The notes: a model not told the origin generated them from the letters alone. A DNA stretch of 64,000 nucleotides from Eubacteriales bacterium (GCA_030536515.1 JAUNPV010000003.1:78282-142281); one strand, 5' to 3'; shown: positions 27,600 through 38,557, counted from the stretch's first letter. Numbers and translations are program-made.

Positions 27600-28970
27600 A
27601 TGTCGCTTCACGACGAGGAAATGAAAAAGCGCCGTGAAAAACGGGAGGCCCAGCGCCGCCGCCAGGAGGCGGAGCGCAGAAGGCTCAGACGCAGGCTGAT
27701 GCTTGCAATTTTGCTGCTGGCGGCAGTGGGCGTAGGCATCTGGCTGCTCACCCGGAACGCCGGTGTCCGGGGCGTCAGCGCCGCCAGTCCGGAGCAGACG
27801 GCCCCGGTGGAGACCCAGGCCCCCACCGAAAGCGAGCACCCCCTGGTCCAGGACCCCATCACCACCGTCCACCTCAAGGCCGCCGGGGACCTGGTGGTCA
27901 CCGATGACGTGATCCAGGCAGGCGTGGCGGCGAACGGCTATGATTTTTCCAAGGTGTTCCAGGACGTGGTGCCCACCCTGGCCGATGCGGACCTGACGGT
28001 GATGAACTTCGAGGGCAACGTCTACGGGGAGAATTACGGCACGGCCACCTCCTGCGCCCCACCCAGGCTTTTGCAGGACCTCCGCTCTGCGGGCGTGGAT
28101 ATGCTGCAGATGGCCAACTCCTGCGTCATCAACAACGGCCTCATCGGCATGGAGTCCACGCTGAACGCCATCCGGGATGCCGGCATGGAGCCTCTGGGAG
28201 CCTTTGCCAATGAAAAGGAGTTCAAAACCTCCAAGGGCTACACCATCACCGATGTCCGGGGGGTGAAGATTGCCTTCGTGGCCTTCACCAAGGGCATGGG
28301 CGGCCGGGGTATGCCCGCCGGCAAGGAGAATCTGGTGAACCTTTTGTACACCGACTACGCCACCTCCTACCAGGAGCTGGACAAGACCCGCATTGAGACC
28401 ATTCTGAAAAACGTGGCGGCGGAAAAGCCGGACCTGACCGTTGCCATGGTCCACTGGGGCAGTGAGTACAACGAGACCATCAGCGAAACCCAGGAGGCTC
28501 TGGTGACCATCCTGAAAAAGCAGGGGGTGGACGTGATTCTGGGAACCCATCCCCACACCTTCCAGACCATCGACTATGACCAGGAGGCGGGGACGCTGGT
28601 GGTGTATTCCCTGGGGGACTTCTTCAGCGATGCCCAGCAGGGCGCTACCAACTACTCCATCATCCTGGATGTGGAGATTACCAAGGACGCCACCACCGGC
28701 ACCACCAAGGTGACGGGCTACGACTACACCCCCATCTACACCGTCAAGGACACGGAGTGCGGCGGCTTCCAGAAGGGCCAGCGGCGGGTGGTCCGGGTGG
28801 ACAAGACCATCGAGGCCTTCGACAAAAACTTCCTGGACAAGGTGACCCCGGCCTCCAAAAGCGCCATGGAGTACGCCCTGACCCGCATCGAGGAGCGAAA
28901 GCTGACCCAGGAGCAGAAGGACGAGCTGGCCAAGCAGCAGGAAGAGCAGGAAAAACAGGCCAAAGGCTAG
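27600..28970 (+). CDS. CapA/PGA_cap-family metallophosphoesterase-fold membrane-anchored protein
   Basis: N-terminal basic region plus TM; AAGD, NFEG, MAN, VHWGSEY, GTHPH, YSLGDF. Confidence 0.85.
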   Translation: MSLHDEEMKKRREKREAQRRRQEAERRRLRRRLMLAILLLAAVGVGIWLLTRNAGVRGVSAASPEQTAPVETQAPTESEHPLVQDPITTVHLKAAGDLVVTDDVIQAGVAANGYDFSKVFQDVVPTLADADLTVMNFEGNVYGENYGTATSCAPPRLLQDLRSAGVDMLQMANSCVINNGLIGMESTLNAIRDAGMEPLGAFANEKEFKTSKGYTITDVRGVKIAFVAFTKGMGGRGMPAGKENLVNLLYTDYATSYQELDKTRIETILKNVAAEKPDLTVAMVHWGSEYNETISETQEALVTILKKQGVDVILGTHPHTFQTIDYDQEAGTLVVYSLGDFFSDAQQGATNYSIILDVEITKDATTGTTKVTGYDYTPIYTVKDTECGGFQKGQRRVVRVDKTIEAFDKNFLDKVTPASKSAMEYALTRIEERKLTQEQKDELAKQQEEQEKQAKG

Positions 28971-29007
28971 CAAAAAAGGAGGGCGAAGCCCTCCTTTTTA
29001 TCCGTCT

Positions 29008-29182
29008 AAAATCCCCTGCGGGGCTTTTAGACGGTGGGGTTGCAGTCTGATTTGCGCACGCCTTGTGCGCCGCAGGCGCACAAAGCGCACACAATCAGCC
29101 TGAGAGGTATTTTCGGCCAGGTACACGCCCTGGCCGAAAATTTTGAATTTTTTTGCCGCTGCGGCGGCAAACTCTGCGAGGC
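29008..29182 (+). repeat. Multi-hairpin element (family H), copy 2
   Basis: Shares GGCCAGGTACACGCCC and GCCGCTGCGGCGGC..AAACTCTGCGAGG with 23828-24000. Confidence 0.7.
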
Positions 29183-29349
29183 TTATTGGGCACGCTGTGG
29201 TTGGCCTGCCGCCAAGAGGTTCTTTTGCAGAATAAAGGAAAACGGCCCCCAATGACAGGACGGATTTCTTTCGATTTATCTTGCTATTTGCGAGGCAAAC
29301 GGCTATAATATAGTTTGTATTACTGGCTATGAACCGGGAGGAAGTCTCC

Positions 29350-30342
29350 GTGGAGAAAAAGAAGATACTGCTGCTGACCACCGGCGGCACCATTGCATCC
29401 GTCCCCGGCGGGGAGGGGCTGGAGCCCCATCGCTCCGGGGTGATGGAGCGGGAGCTGGAGCAGCTGCGAACCTATTATGAAATCACCGTCCGGGACGTGA
29501 TGTGCCTGGACTCCTCCAACATCCGGCCGGAGGAATGGCAGCAGATTGCCGCCTGCGCCTTTGAAAACCGGGCCGGGTACGACGGCATCGTCATCTCCCA
29601 TGGCACCGACACCATGGCCTACACCGCCTCCGCCGTCACCTATATGCTGCCGGACATCGACCTGCCGGTGGTGTTCACCGGGTCCCAGCTGCCGCTGGCG
29701 GACGTGCTCAGCGACGGGCCGGACAATCTGCGCACCGCCTTTGCCATGGCGGCCTCGGGGTATCCGGGGGTGTTTCTGGCCTTTGACCGGAAGGTGATGC
29801 TGGGCTGCCGGGCGGTGAAGGTCCGGGCCTCGGGCTTTTCCGCCTTTGAAAGCGTCAACGCCCGCTATGCGGCCCGGGTCAGCAACCGGGGGCTGGAGGT
29901 GGACGAGACCGTCCTGCCCCGGCGGACCGGCCTGCCCCGGCTGTGCAATCACATCAGCAAGGAGGTTTTCCTGCTGAAGCTGACCCCGGGGCTGAACCCG
30001 GCGGTGTTTGATATGCTGGCGGCCATGGGCTACCGGGGCATCGTCATCGAGGCCTTCGGCCTGGGTGGGGTCAATGTGCTCCACAAGGGCCTGCGGGGCA
30101 TCCACCGGGCGGTGGAGGACGGCATCAGCGTGGTCATCACCACCCAGTGCCTTTACGACAGCGCCAATTTGCAGGTCTACCAGGTGGGCAACAAGCTGCT
30201 GGAGCTGGGGGTCATCCAGGGAAAGGACATGACCAGCGAGGCCGCCATGACCAAGCTCATGTGGGCCCTGGGCCAGGGCCTCAGCCAGGAGGAAATTGCA
30301 AGGCTCTTTGAAAAAAGCATTGCAGGTGAGATCACTGCGTAA
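29350..30342 (+). CDS. ansA: Type I (cytoplasmic) L-asparaginase
   Basis: TTGGTIAS, HGTDTM, TGSQ; GTG start at 29350 after GGAGG (ORF track start 29329). Confidence 0.9.
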   Translation: MEKKKILLLTTGGTIASVPGGEGLEPHRSGVMERELEQLRTYYEITVRDVMCLDSSNIRPEEWQQIAACAFENRAGYDGIVISHGTDTMAYTASAVTYMLPDIDLPVVFTGSQLPLADVLSDGPDNLRTAFAMAASGYPGVFLAFDRKVMLGCRAVKVRASGFSAFESVNARYAARVSNRGLEVDETVLPRRTGLPRLCNHISKEVFLLKLTPGLNPAVFDMLAAMGYRGIVIEAFGLGGVNVLHKGLRGIHRAVEDGISVVITTQCLYDSANLQVYQVGNKLLELGVIQGKDMTSEAAMTKLMWALGQGLSQEEIARLFEKSIAGEITA

Positions 30343-30497
30343 AGCCTTCCCCCTTGGGGGAAGGTGCCCCAGTTCGCAAACTGGGGCGGATGAGGGGCGT
30401 TACGTCTTTTGAGCTGCGGCACAGACGGACGCCGCCCCTTTTGCGTTCCTCAAGAAACGCACGCCCCTCATCCGTCACGGCTTGCGCCGTGCCACCT

Positions 30498-30560
30498 AGT
30501 AAATTAAGGAGCGATTGCCACTGGCAATCGACCTATTTTCATCTGCTGCGCAAAGCACAA
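30498..30560 (+). mobile_element. Cassette of about 62 bp inside a family-G hairpin
   Basis: GCCACCT|cassette|CCCCCGGGGGAAGG versus intact GCCACCTTCCCCCCGGGGGAAGG at about 47732. Confidence 0.7.
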
Positions 30561-30641
30561 CCCCCGGGGGAAGGCTGTACGGCTTCGCCGTCGGCACGGA
30601 TAAATCCGTGCCCTACGATTGAATAAAAGAGGAGGTAATCC

Positions 30642-32255
30642 ATGAACACCATTTACGTTACCGGCCACCGGAATCCGGATACGGACTCCATTGTGGCGGC
30701 CATTGCCTATGCCGCCCTGCGCAACGCCTGCGGCGACTGGGAATATGAGGCCGCCTGCCTGGGCCAGGTCTCCGACGAGACCCAGATTGTGCTGGACAAG
30801 TTCGGCTTCCAGGCACCCCAGCGGATTCACGATATGTACACCCAGGTCCGGGACCTGGATTTTGATGCCCCGCCGGTGCTGAACGCCGGGGTCACCGTGG
30901 GCCGGGCCTGGGCGGAGCTTCAGGACTTCTCCACCGTGGCCGCCGTGCCCGTGGCCCGGGAGGACGGCACCCTTCACGGCATTCTGTCCCGGACGGACGT
31001 GGCCAATTACAACATGGCCAGCATCAACGCCTGCATTCTGGAGGAGGTGCCCCTGTTCAATATGCTCTCCGTGCTGGAGGGCAAGGTCCTCAACGAGGCC
31101 GGGGAGTGCACCGACATGATTTCCGGCGAGGTCACCATCGCCCTGCCCCAGAGCCGGGAGAATCTGCTGTTTGGCAAGAAGGAGTCCGTGGTCCTGTGCG
31201 GCCACCAGCCGGATATGATTCGCCGGGCTCTGGAGCTGAACGTCAACTGCGTGGTGCTGTGCCAGGCGGAGCTGCCGGCGGAGCTGCGGGACTTCCCCAC
31301 GGAAACCTGCATTGTCTCCACCCCCTTTGATGCCTACCGGGCCGCAAGGCTCATTTTCCAGTCCACCCCCGTCAGCCGCATCTGCAACACCCAGGGTCTG
31401 GTGTGCTTCCACTTAGACGACCGGGTGGACGACGTCCGGGAGGCCATGCTGAACCACCGCCACCCCAGCTATCCCATTCTGGATGCCCAGGAGCGGGTGG
31501 TGGGCGTGCTGACCCGGTATCATCTGCTGCGTCCCCGCCGGAAGCGGGTGGTGCTGGTGGACCACAACGAGGCCTCCCAGTCCGTGCCCGGCCTGGAGGA
31601 GGCGGAGATTTTGGAGATTATCGACCACCACCGCCTGGCGGACATCCAGACCAACAACCCCATTTTCGTCCGCAACGAGCCGGTGGGCTCCACCAATACC
31701 ATCATCGCCGGAATGTTCCAGGACCGGGGCCTCATGCCCTCGACGAAGCTGGCGGGCCTCATGGCGGCGGCCATTGTGTCCGACACCGTCATGTTCAAAT
31801 CCCCCACCTGCACCATGCGGGATATCCGCACCGCCGAGCGGATGGCCCGGATTGCCAACATCTCCCTGGAGGACCTGGGCCGGGAGATTTTCTCCGCCGC
31901 CATTGTCCAGAAATCCCCGGAGGAAATCCTGTTCACCGACTACAAGGAGTTCCATATCGCCGGCCACGAGCTGGCCATTTCCCAGGTGACCTGTATGGAC
32001 AGCCCCACCGCCCTGCAGCGCAAGCCCGAGCTGATGAAGCTCATGCGCCAGCAGGCCAAGAAGCAGGGCTTCGATCTGGTGATGCTGATGCTCACCGACG
32101 TGCTGCGGGAGGGCACCCAAATCCTCTACGTAGGCGAGGACGAAACCATCCAGCAGGCCTTCGGCGTCACCCCCCGGGAAAACACAGCCTTCCTGCCGAA
32201 AATCATGAGCAGAAAAAAGCAGGTCATCCCCATGCTGTCCGCTCTGTGGGGCTAA
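30642..32255 (+). CDS. ppaC: Mn-dependent family II inorganic pyrophosphatase with CBS/DRTGG insert
   Basis: GHRNPDTDS, LVDHNE, IDHH, EPVGST, SDT; internal CBS-DRTGG region. Confidence 0.92.
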   Translation: MNTIYVTGHRNPDTDSIVAAIAYAALRNACGDWEYEAACLGQVSDETQIVLDKFGFQAPQRIHDMYTQVRDLDFDAPPVLNAGVTVGRAWAELQDFSTVAAVPVAREDGTLHGILSRTDVANYNMASINACILEEVPLFNMLSVLEGKVLNEAGECTDMISGEVTIALPQSRENLLFGKKESVVLCGHQPDMIRRALELNVNCVVLCQAELPAELRDFPTETCIVSTPFDAYRAARLIFQSTPVSRICNTQGLVCFHLDDRVDDVREAMLNHRHPSYPILDAQERVVGVLTRYHLLRPRRKRVVLVDHNEASQSVPGLEEAEILEIIDHHRLADIQTNNPIFVRNEPVGSTNTIIAGMFQDRGLMPSTKLAGLMAAAIVSDTVMFKSPTCTMRDIRTAERMARIANISLEDLGREIFSAAIVQKSPEEILFTDYKEFHIAGHELAISQVTCMDSPTALQRKPELMKLMRQQAKKQGFDLVMLMLTDVLREGTQILYVGEDETIQQAFGVTPRENTAFLPKIMSRKKQVIPMLSALWG

Positions 32256-32365
32256 TTTGAGGTAAGAAGTAAGAGTGAATAGTGAAGAGGTGGTCCCTGT
32301 CATTGCGAGGAGCGCAGCGACGTGGCAATCCGTTTCTCTATTCACATGGGAAAGGAAGTGGAAAT

Positions 32366-33319
32366 GTGAGTTTTTCCGCATTGCTTGGCAATGACCAATT
32401 AAAACGAAACCTGGAAGCCAGTTTGGGGAAAAACCATATTTCCCACTTCTATCTGATTTCCGGGCCGGTTGGGTCGGGGAAGCACACCCTGGCACGGCTG
32501 CTGGGGGCGGCGATTTTGTGCCAGGGGCGGGGCAAGCCCTGCCTTGGCTGCGGGCCCTGCCGGAAGGTGATGGACGGGAGCCACCCGGACTTCATCACCG
32601 TGGACGACCCGGAGAAGAAAACCGTCACCGTGGACCTGATTCGGGATGCCCGGGCGGATATTTACATCCAGCCCAACGAGTCCGACCACAAAATCTACCT
32701 CTTTCCCCGGGCCCAGGACATGGGCCTGCCGGGGCAGAACGCCCTGCTGAAGGTGCTGGAGGAGCCGCCGAAATACGGGGTGTTTCTTCTCCTGACGGAC
32801 AATCCTGACAAGCTCCTGCCAACTGTCCGCTCCCGGTGTACAGAGCTGAAGCTGCTGCCCCTGTCCGAAGATGTGCTTTCCCGGCAGCTCCGGGCGGATT
32901 TCCCCCAGGCGGCCGAGGCGGACATTTCCGCCGCCGTCGAGCGCAGCGGCGGCTTCCTGGGCCAGGCCCGGCAGCTTTTGGAGGGCGGCGGGGCCGTGCC
33001 GCCCCAGACCGAGGCCTTCGTCCGGGCCTTTGCCGCCCGGGATGCTCTGGCGCTGGTGCAGACCCTGGTGCCCATGGAAAAATGGAAGCGGGACGCTTTG
33101 CAGGAGATACTGGCCGCCTGGCTGGAGCTGACGGAAAGCGCCCTGGTCAGCCGGTCCGGCCTTCATGCGGCCTCGCCCCTGGCCCGGGAGCTGTCCCGGA
33201 TGAGAAGCGGCCCGGAGCTTCACGCCGCCGCCCAGGCCCTGCGCAAGGCCCGGGACTACACCGCCGCCAACGTCTCCCCCGCCGCTGTGTGCGGGTATCT
33301 TGCCTGGGCTTTACGGTAG
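32366..33319 (+). CDS. holB: DNA polymerase III delta' subunit
   Basis: GPVGSGKH, Cys4 zinc motif (C..C..C..C), HPD, QNALLKVLEEPP, TVRSRC; GTG start at 32366. Confidence 0.9.
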   Translation: MSFSALLGNDQLKRNLEASLGKNHISHFYLISGPVGSGKHTLARLLGAAILCQGRGKPCLGCGPCRKVMDGSHPDFITVDDPEKKTVTVDLIRDARADIYIQPNESDHKIYLFPRAQDMGLPGQNALLKVLEEPPKYGVFLLLTDNPDKLLPTVRSRCTELKLLPLSEDVLSRQLRADFPQAAEADISAAVERSGGFLGQARQLLEGGGAVPPQTEAFVRAFAARDALALVQTLVPMEKWKRDALQEILAAWLELTESALVSRSGLHAASPLARELSRMRSGPELHAAAQALRKARDYTAANVSPAAVCGYLAWALR

Positions 33320-33323
33320 CGCC

Positions 33324-33442
33324 GTAGGGAACGGATTTATCCGTTCCGTCGGCAAAGCCGCAGGTCCGCCCATCCCCCGTTGGGGACCAATTTTCTGATT
33401 TGCGAAGCGCAAATCAGCGGAACGGATAAATCCGTTCCCTAC
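33324..33442. repeat. Inverted GTAG REP doublet between holB and ricT
   Basis: 33324-33347 and reverse complement 33419-33442. Confidence 0.9.
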
Positions 33443-33500
33443 GTGATATGTGTCATTGTGAATGAAACGGCCCTGTGGCCGAGGATATAAGGAGAAATTC

Positions 33501-34748
33501 ATGGAAGAAACAAAAAGCCTGCCTGAGGCTGTTGAGGTGGTGGACATCCAGTTCCGCCCCGGGCAGAAGATTTATTTTTTTGACCCCGACGGGGCCAGCT
33601 TTCAAACCGGCGACCATGTGATCATCGACACCGCCCGGGGGGCGGAGTTCGGCACCTGCGCCGGGGGAAACCACAAAATTCCCCCCAAGGAGGTGGTGGC
33701 CCCCCTGCGGAAGGTCCTGCGCCGGGCCAACGCCCAGGACGAGCGGATCATCGCCGAAAACCGGGCCAGGGAAAAGCGGGCCTACGAGGTCTGTATGCAG
33801 AAAATTGGGGACCATGGCCTGGATATGCAGCTGGTGTCCGCCGAGTGCGCCTTTGACGGCAGCAAAATCCTGTTCTACTTCACCGCCGACGAGCGGGTGG
33901 ACTTCCGGGAGCTGGTGAAAAATCTGGCCTCGGTGTTCCACACCCGCATCGAGCTGCGGCAGATTGGCGTGCGGGACAAGGCCAAGATGGTGGGAGGCCT
34001 GGGCATCTGCGGCCGGCCCTTCTGCTGCGCCAGCTTCCTGGACGATTTCCAGCCGGTGTCCATCAAAATGGCCAAGACCCAGAATCTCAGCCTGAACCCC
34101 ACCAAAATTTCCGGCACCTGCGGCCGCCTCATGTGCTGCCTGAAATACGAGCAGGATGCCTACGAGGACCTGATTCGCTCCTCCCCCAAGGCCGACTCCT
34201 TCGTGGACACCCCCGAGGGCCGGGGCACCGTGGTGGACCTGGACCTGCTGCGCCAGCGGGTGAAGGTGCGCATGGAGGAGAACCCGGAGACCATCTCCGT
34301 CTTTGCCAACACCGACATTGCGGTGCTGCGAAACGGCAAGGCCAGGAAGAACGATCTCCCCATCCCGGCGGACCTGGCCCCCATTTCCGGCTCCGGCAAG
34401 CGGCCGGCCAAGCCTGTCCAGGAGGAGGCTATGCACCTGGAGCCCATCCGCTTCCGCTACAGCACCGAGCAGATTGTAGAGGAGGTCCCCGCCCCCGTGC
34501 AGCCGGAGCCGGAGGAGGAAAAGACCCCCGCCCGCCGCTCCCGCCGCCGCCGGGGAGACAGCCGCCCCCGCCAGGACAAGCCCAAGGCCCCCAAGCAGGA
34601 GGCCCCCAAGCAGGAACCGCCCCGGACCGACGCACCCAAGACCGATGCCGCCCCCCGGACCGAGGGCGACGCCCCGTCCAAGCCCCGCCGCCGCCCCAAC
34701 TACCGCCGCAGAAAGCCCAAGGCCCCCGGCGGCGGAGACACCCAGTAA
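33501..34748 (+). CDS. ricT: PSP1-domain protein RicT/YaaT with a long Pro/Arg-rich C-terminal tail
   Basis: FYFTADERVDFRELVK, RQIGVRD, GICGRPFCC, KISGTCGRLMCCLKYE; follows holB. Confidence 0.93.
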   Translation: MEETKSLPEAVEVVDIQFRPGQKIYFFDPDGASFQTGDHVIIDTARGAEFGTCAGGNHKIPPKEVVAPLRKVLRRANAQDERIIAENRAREKRAYEVCMQKIGDHGLDMQLVSAECAFDGSKILFYFTADERVDFRELVKNLASVFHTRIELRQIGVRDKAKMVGGLGICGRPFCCASFLDDFQPVSIKMAKTQNLSLNPTKISGTCGRLMCCLKYEQDAYEDLIRSSPKADSFVDTPEGRGTVVDLDLLRQRVKVRMEENPETISVFANTDIAVLRNGKARKNDLPIPADLAPISGSGKRPAKPVQEEAMHLEPIRFRYSTEQIVEEVPAPVQPEPEEEKTPARRSRRRRGDSRPRQDKPKAPKQEAPKQEPPRTDAPKTDAAPRTEGDAPSKPRRRPNYRRRKPKAPGGGDTQ

Positions 34749-34891
34749 AACGGGTTTCTCCCGGCAGAGAATCGCAAATTCAGAAACAACTAAGTTATTT
34801 GCGATGCTTGGCATCGCCCGATTTGCCTGCTGCAAATCGGCGGGAGGGTCACTGACCCTCCCCTACAGAGACTGCGAAAAAGGAACCTTAT

Positions 34892-36922
34892 ATGAGAAAA
34901 AAACTTCCCAAATTTCCCATCCCCGGGTGGCTGGCTGCCGTTGTGACGGCGGTGCTCTGCGAGGGGCTGCTGCACCTGTGGACGGCGGAGGCCCTGCTTC
35001 CGGCCAGATTCCTGACGGTGCTGGTGCTGGCGCTGGGCTTTGGCTGCCTGCTGGGCCAGGTGGTCAGCTTCCTGGGCCGAGGGGCCTGGGGCAAGGCGGT
35101 CACGGTGGTGCTGCTGGTGGCGGTTGCCGCCTGCTACCTGGTGTCCTTCTTTGTCTGGCAGTTTTTCCAGACCTTCATGTCCCCCATTACCATCCTCCGG
35201 GGGGCAGGCGGTGTGGCCACCGGCTTTGCCGGGGACGCTCTGACGCTGGTCGTCCGGGGGCTGTGGCGCATTGCGCTGATGCTTTTGCCTGCGCTGAGCT
35301 ATGCCCTGCTGGCCCGGCCGGTCCGGACCCAATGGCGGACAAGGTGGCTGACGCTGGTGCTGGCGCTGGCCGCCTATGGCCTGGGCTTTACCATGGTCCA
35401 GGCCCGGCCTGCCGACGCCGCCCGGCTGGGGGAGACCTATCAGTATGAAAGCGCTGTCAACGCCTTCGGCCTTCATGTGGCTGCGGTTTTGGACCTGGGC
35501 GGCGGCCAGCAGCAGGAGGACCCGGGTCCCCTGCTGCCGCCTGCGCCGCCGGCAGAGCCCACCGAGGCGGAGACCACCCCGCCCAGCGGCGAAACGGAGC
35601 CTGCGGTCATCGACTACGGCGAAAACAAGCTCTACGACTTTGACGCTCTGGCGGCCGCCGAATCCAACAGCCTCATCGCCCAGATTCACCAGGGGGTGGG
35701 TGCAGTGGAGCCCACCAAAAAGAACGAATACACCGGGCTTTTCCAGGGGAAAAACCTGATTTTCATTACCGCCGAGGCCTTCGCCAAGGAGGTCATCGAC
35801 CCGGAGCTGACCCCCACGCTGTACCGCCTGGCCAATCAGGGAGTCCGCTTTGACGACTTCTACCAGCCCAAGTGGGGGGCCGGAACCACCTCCGGGGAGT
35901 TTTCCAACCTGGTGGGGCTGGTGCCCACCAACGGCGGCTCGTGTATGCTGGAGGCCCACCAGCAGGACCTGTTCCTGACCATGGGCAAGCAGCTGCAAAA
36001 GCAGGGCTATTCCTCGGCGGCCTACCACAACAACGACTACAAATACTACGACCGGAACAAAAACCATCCCTTCCTGGGCTATGACTATTTCATGGGCTAC
36101 GGCAACGGCATGGAGGAGGGCGTGACCGGAGTCTGGCCCCAGAGCGATTTGGAGATGATTGACTTCACCATCCCCAAGCACCTGGACCACACCCCCTTCA
36201 ACCTGTACTATATGAGCGTCAGCGGCCACTCCACCTACTCCCAGAAAACCAACGCCATGGCCCGGAAGAACTACGATGAGGTGGCGGCCTTCTGCGAGAA
36301 AACCGGCAAGACCTGGTCTGAGCCCCTGAAATGCTACATGGCCGCCAACCTGGAGCTGGAAAAGGCCATGGCCTCCATGGTGCGCCAGCTGGAGGAGGCG
36401 GGGATTCTGGAGGATACGGTCATCGTCATCTCCCCGGACCACTTCCCCTACGGCCTGGAAAACACCAAGAGCCCCTCGGGCCAGGGCAACTGCCTGGACG
36501 AGCTGTACGGCTACAAGAGCACCAACTCCATGGAGCATGAGCACAACGCCCTGATTCTGTGGAGCCCCTGCCTGGAGGGCCGGGACATTGTGGTGTCCGA
36601 GCCCACCTACAGCCTGGACATTCTGCCCACCCTCTTAAACCTCTTTGGCCTGGACTACGACTCCCGGCTGCTGGTGGGCCGGGACGTGTTCTCCGGCGCA
36701 GAGCCTCTGGTGCTGTGGCCCAATTTCAGCTGGAAAACAGACCTGGGCTACTTCAACGCCTCCACCGGAGAGTTCCTCCCCACCGACGGCGCCCCCGCCG
36801 CCACTCAGGACTATATCAGCTGGGTCAGCCAGCTGGTCCAGTACAAAATCCGCTACTCCTCCCAGGTCCTGGACCGGGACTATTTCAATTATTTGTCCGC
36901 TGCTGTGAATGAAAGCCAATAA
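34892..36922 (+). CDS. LTA synthase-family (sulfatase-fold) membrane protein
   Basis: Five N-terminal TMs; NLIFITAEAF, TTSGEF, SGH, SPDHFPY. Confidence 0.85.
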   Translation: MRKKLPKFPIPGWLAAVVTAVLCEGLLHLWTAEALLPARFLTVLVLALGFGCLLGQVVSFLGRGAWGKAVTVVLLVAVAACYLVSFFVWQFFQTFMSPITILRGAGGVATGFAGDALTLVVRGLWRIALMLLPALSYALLARPVRTQWRTRWLTLVLALAAYGLGFTMVQARPADAARLGETYQYESAVNAFGLHVAAVLDLGGGQQQEDPGPLLPPAPPAEPTEAETTPPSGETEPAVIDYGENKLYDFDALAAAESNSLIAQIHQGVGAVEPTKKNEYTGLFQGKNLIFITAEAFAKEVIDPELTPTLYRLANQGVRFDDFYQPKWGAGTTSGEFSNLVGLVPTNGGSCMLEAHQQDLFLTMGKQLQKQGYSSAAYHNNDYKYYDRNKNHPFLGYDYFMGYGNGMEEGVTGVWPQSDLEMIDFTIPKHLDHTPFNLYYMSVSGHSTYSQKTNAMARKNYDEVAAFCEKTGKTWSEPLKCYMAANLELEKAMASMVRQLEEAGILEDTVIVISPDHFPYGLENTKSPSGQGNCLDELYGYKSTNSMEHEHNALILWSPCLEGRDIVVSEPTYSLDILPTLLNLFGLDYDSRLLVGRDVFSGAEPLVLWPNFSWKTDLGYFNASTGEFLPTDGAPAATQDYISWVSQLVQYKIRYSSQVLDRDYFNYLSAAVNESQ

Positions 36923-36970
36923 AAAATGCCCCGGAAGATCAATTCTTCCGGGGATTTTTTGGATATGCTG

Positions 36971-38128
36971 TTATTCTGAGTCGCCGAAGGGGGACAGGAA
37001 AAACCACGCCCCGCACCCCAGCAGCATCAGGCCTACGGCGGGGAAGCACAGCTCCGGGCCGGCGGCGGTGAGGGCGGCGGAGGCGAAAAGGGCCAGGATT
37101 TCCACCAGGTCTGCGCCCATGCTCAGAGTGGACAGGGCGGCGGCCCGGCTGTCCCCCAGGCCAAGGCGGTCCACAAAGGCGTTTTCCAGAGCACCGGCCC
37201 AGCAGCCGGGCACATCCAGCAGCAGGGGAAGCACCAGCATCACAGCGGCAGCGGGCAGAATGCGGTTGACAAAGCCCAGGACCCCCATGGCCGCCGCTGC
37301 CAGAGCGCAGAAAATGCCCACCATCCGGCCCCGGGGGAACCGGTCCAGAGCGGCGAGGACCCACTTTGCCAGCATCCCCACCAGGGAGTAGCCCAGAATG
37401 AGGGGGGACATCCACCCGGCGTCCACGCCGCAGTCCAGCAGCTTGTGGACATAAAAGAAGTTTATCAGCAGCCCGGCCACGGAAAACACCGCACCCAAGG
37501 CCACAAAATGCCGCCCCCGGCCCAGCAGCCGGACCATTTCGGGCAGCCTGGGAACCGGGCAGTGGGCGGACCGCCGCTCATCTGGCCGCAGCCCCAGGGC
37601 AAAGACCAGGGCGGCGGCGGAGGAGCAAAGGGTCCCCACCAGCAGCCCGGGGATGCCGAAGAAGCGGTAGATACCGGCGTAGGCCAGGGTGCTGGCAAGA
37701 AACCCAGCGGTCCCCCAGTTGGCGGAGTGGGCGGTTTTGGGGAGATAGGCCGCCTCGCCAAAGGCCTCATACAGGTAGGCATCGGCGGTGCCGGAGGAAA
37801 AGCAGAAGCACAGCCCCTCCAGCAGGGCTTCCGGAACAAACAGCCAGGGCTTTCTCAGCAGAAAGGCCGCCAGCAGCAGTCCCCGCGCCAGCAGCATCGC
37901 CCCCTGGGCCAGCACCAGGGTCCGCCGGTAGCCAATCCGGTCGGTGAGAATGCCCGTGGGGACCTCCCCCAAGAAGGTGGCAGCGGACAAAAGCCCCTGC
38001 AACAGGAAAAACTGGGACAGGGTCAGCCCCGCCTGGGTCCGCACCAGCAGAGCCGCCGGGGCGTAGAAAACAAGTCCCTGGCAGAGGCAGAGACCGTCAT
38101 AGCAGTCGAATTTTTTGATTTTTTGCAT
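36971..38128 (-). CDS. MFS transporter
   Basis: EVPTGILTDRIGYRRT motif A, SSGTADAYLYE; about 12 TM; start at ATG 38128. Confidence 0.88.
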   Translation of the reverse strand: MQKIKKFDCYDGLCLCQGLVFYAPAALLVRTQAGLTLSQFFLLQGLLSAATFLGEVPTGILTDRIGYRRTLVLAQGAMLLARGLLLAAFLLRKPWLFVPEALLEGLCFCFSSGTADAYLYEAFGEAAYLPKTAHSANWGTAGFLASTLAYAGIYRFFGIPGLLVGTLCSSAAALVFALGLRPDERRSAHCPVPRLPEMVRLLGRGRHFVALGAVFSVAGLLINFFYVHKLLDCGVDAGWMSPLILGYSLVGMLAKWVLAALDRFPRGRMVGIFCALAAAAMGVLGFVNRILPAAAVMLVLPLLLDVPGCWAGALENAFVDRLGLGDSRAAALSTLSMGADLVEILALFASAALTAAGPELCFPAVGLMLLGCGAWFFLSPFGDSE

Positions 38129-38365
38129 AAAAATACCCTTTCTCATCGTTGCATCAAAACAAAGCCGTCAGCGGCGGCTTGCTTTTCGGAACATGAGAAG
38201 GGTATTAACGGGTCACAGCGTCTGTCCTCCGGGGATGATTGATAAAGTTATTATAATGGGCCGGGGGTGAAAAGTCAAGCGCAGTCGGGCGGCCTGCCCT
38301 CAGGCCGCCCGACGGAGGATTTTTTGTGCTTATCGACTCTACTCGGCAAGCAAGCATGGCACGGG

Positions 38366-38533
38366 CCAAAGGCTCCCCTGTGTAAGGGGAGCTGTCACGG
38401 CACAGCCGTGACTGAGGGGTTGAAAAACTTCCCAATATTGAGCAGCCGGTAACACGGTACTATGGGGAAGTGCGGCAGAACAACCCCTCCGAGCGGCTTC
38501 GCCGCCCACCTCCCCTTACACAGGGGAGGCTTT
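38366..38533. repeat. Inverted pair of CTCCCCTGTGTAAGGGGAG double-hairpin repeats (architecture like family G)
   Basis: GGCTCCCCTGTGTAAGGGGAGCTGTC...GAGGGGTT and inverted AACCCCTC...CCTCCCCTTACACAGGGGAGGC. Confidence 0.7.
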
Positions 38534-38557
38534 GCTGCGTTAGCCCGATAAGCATAT

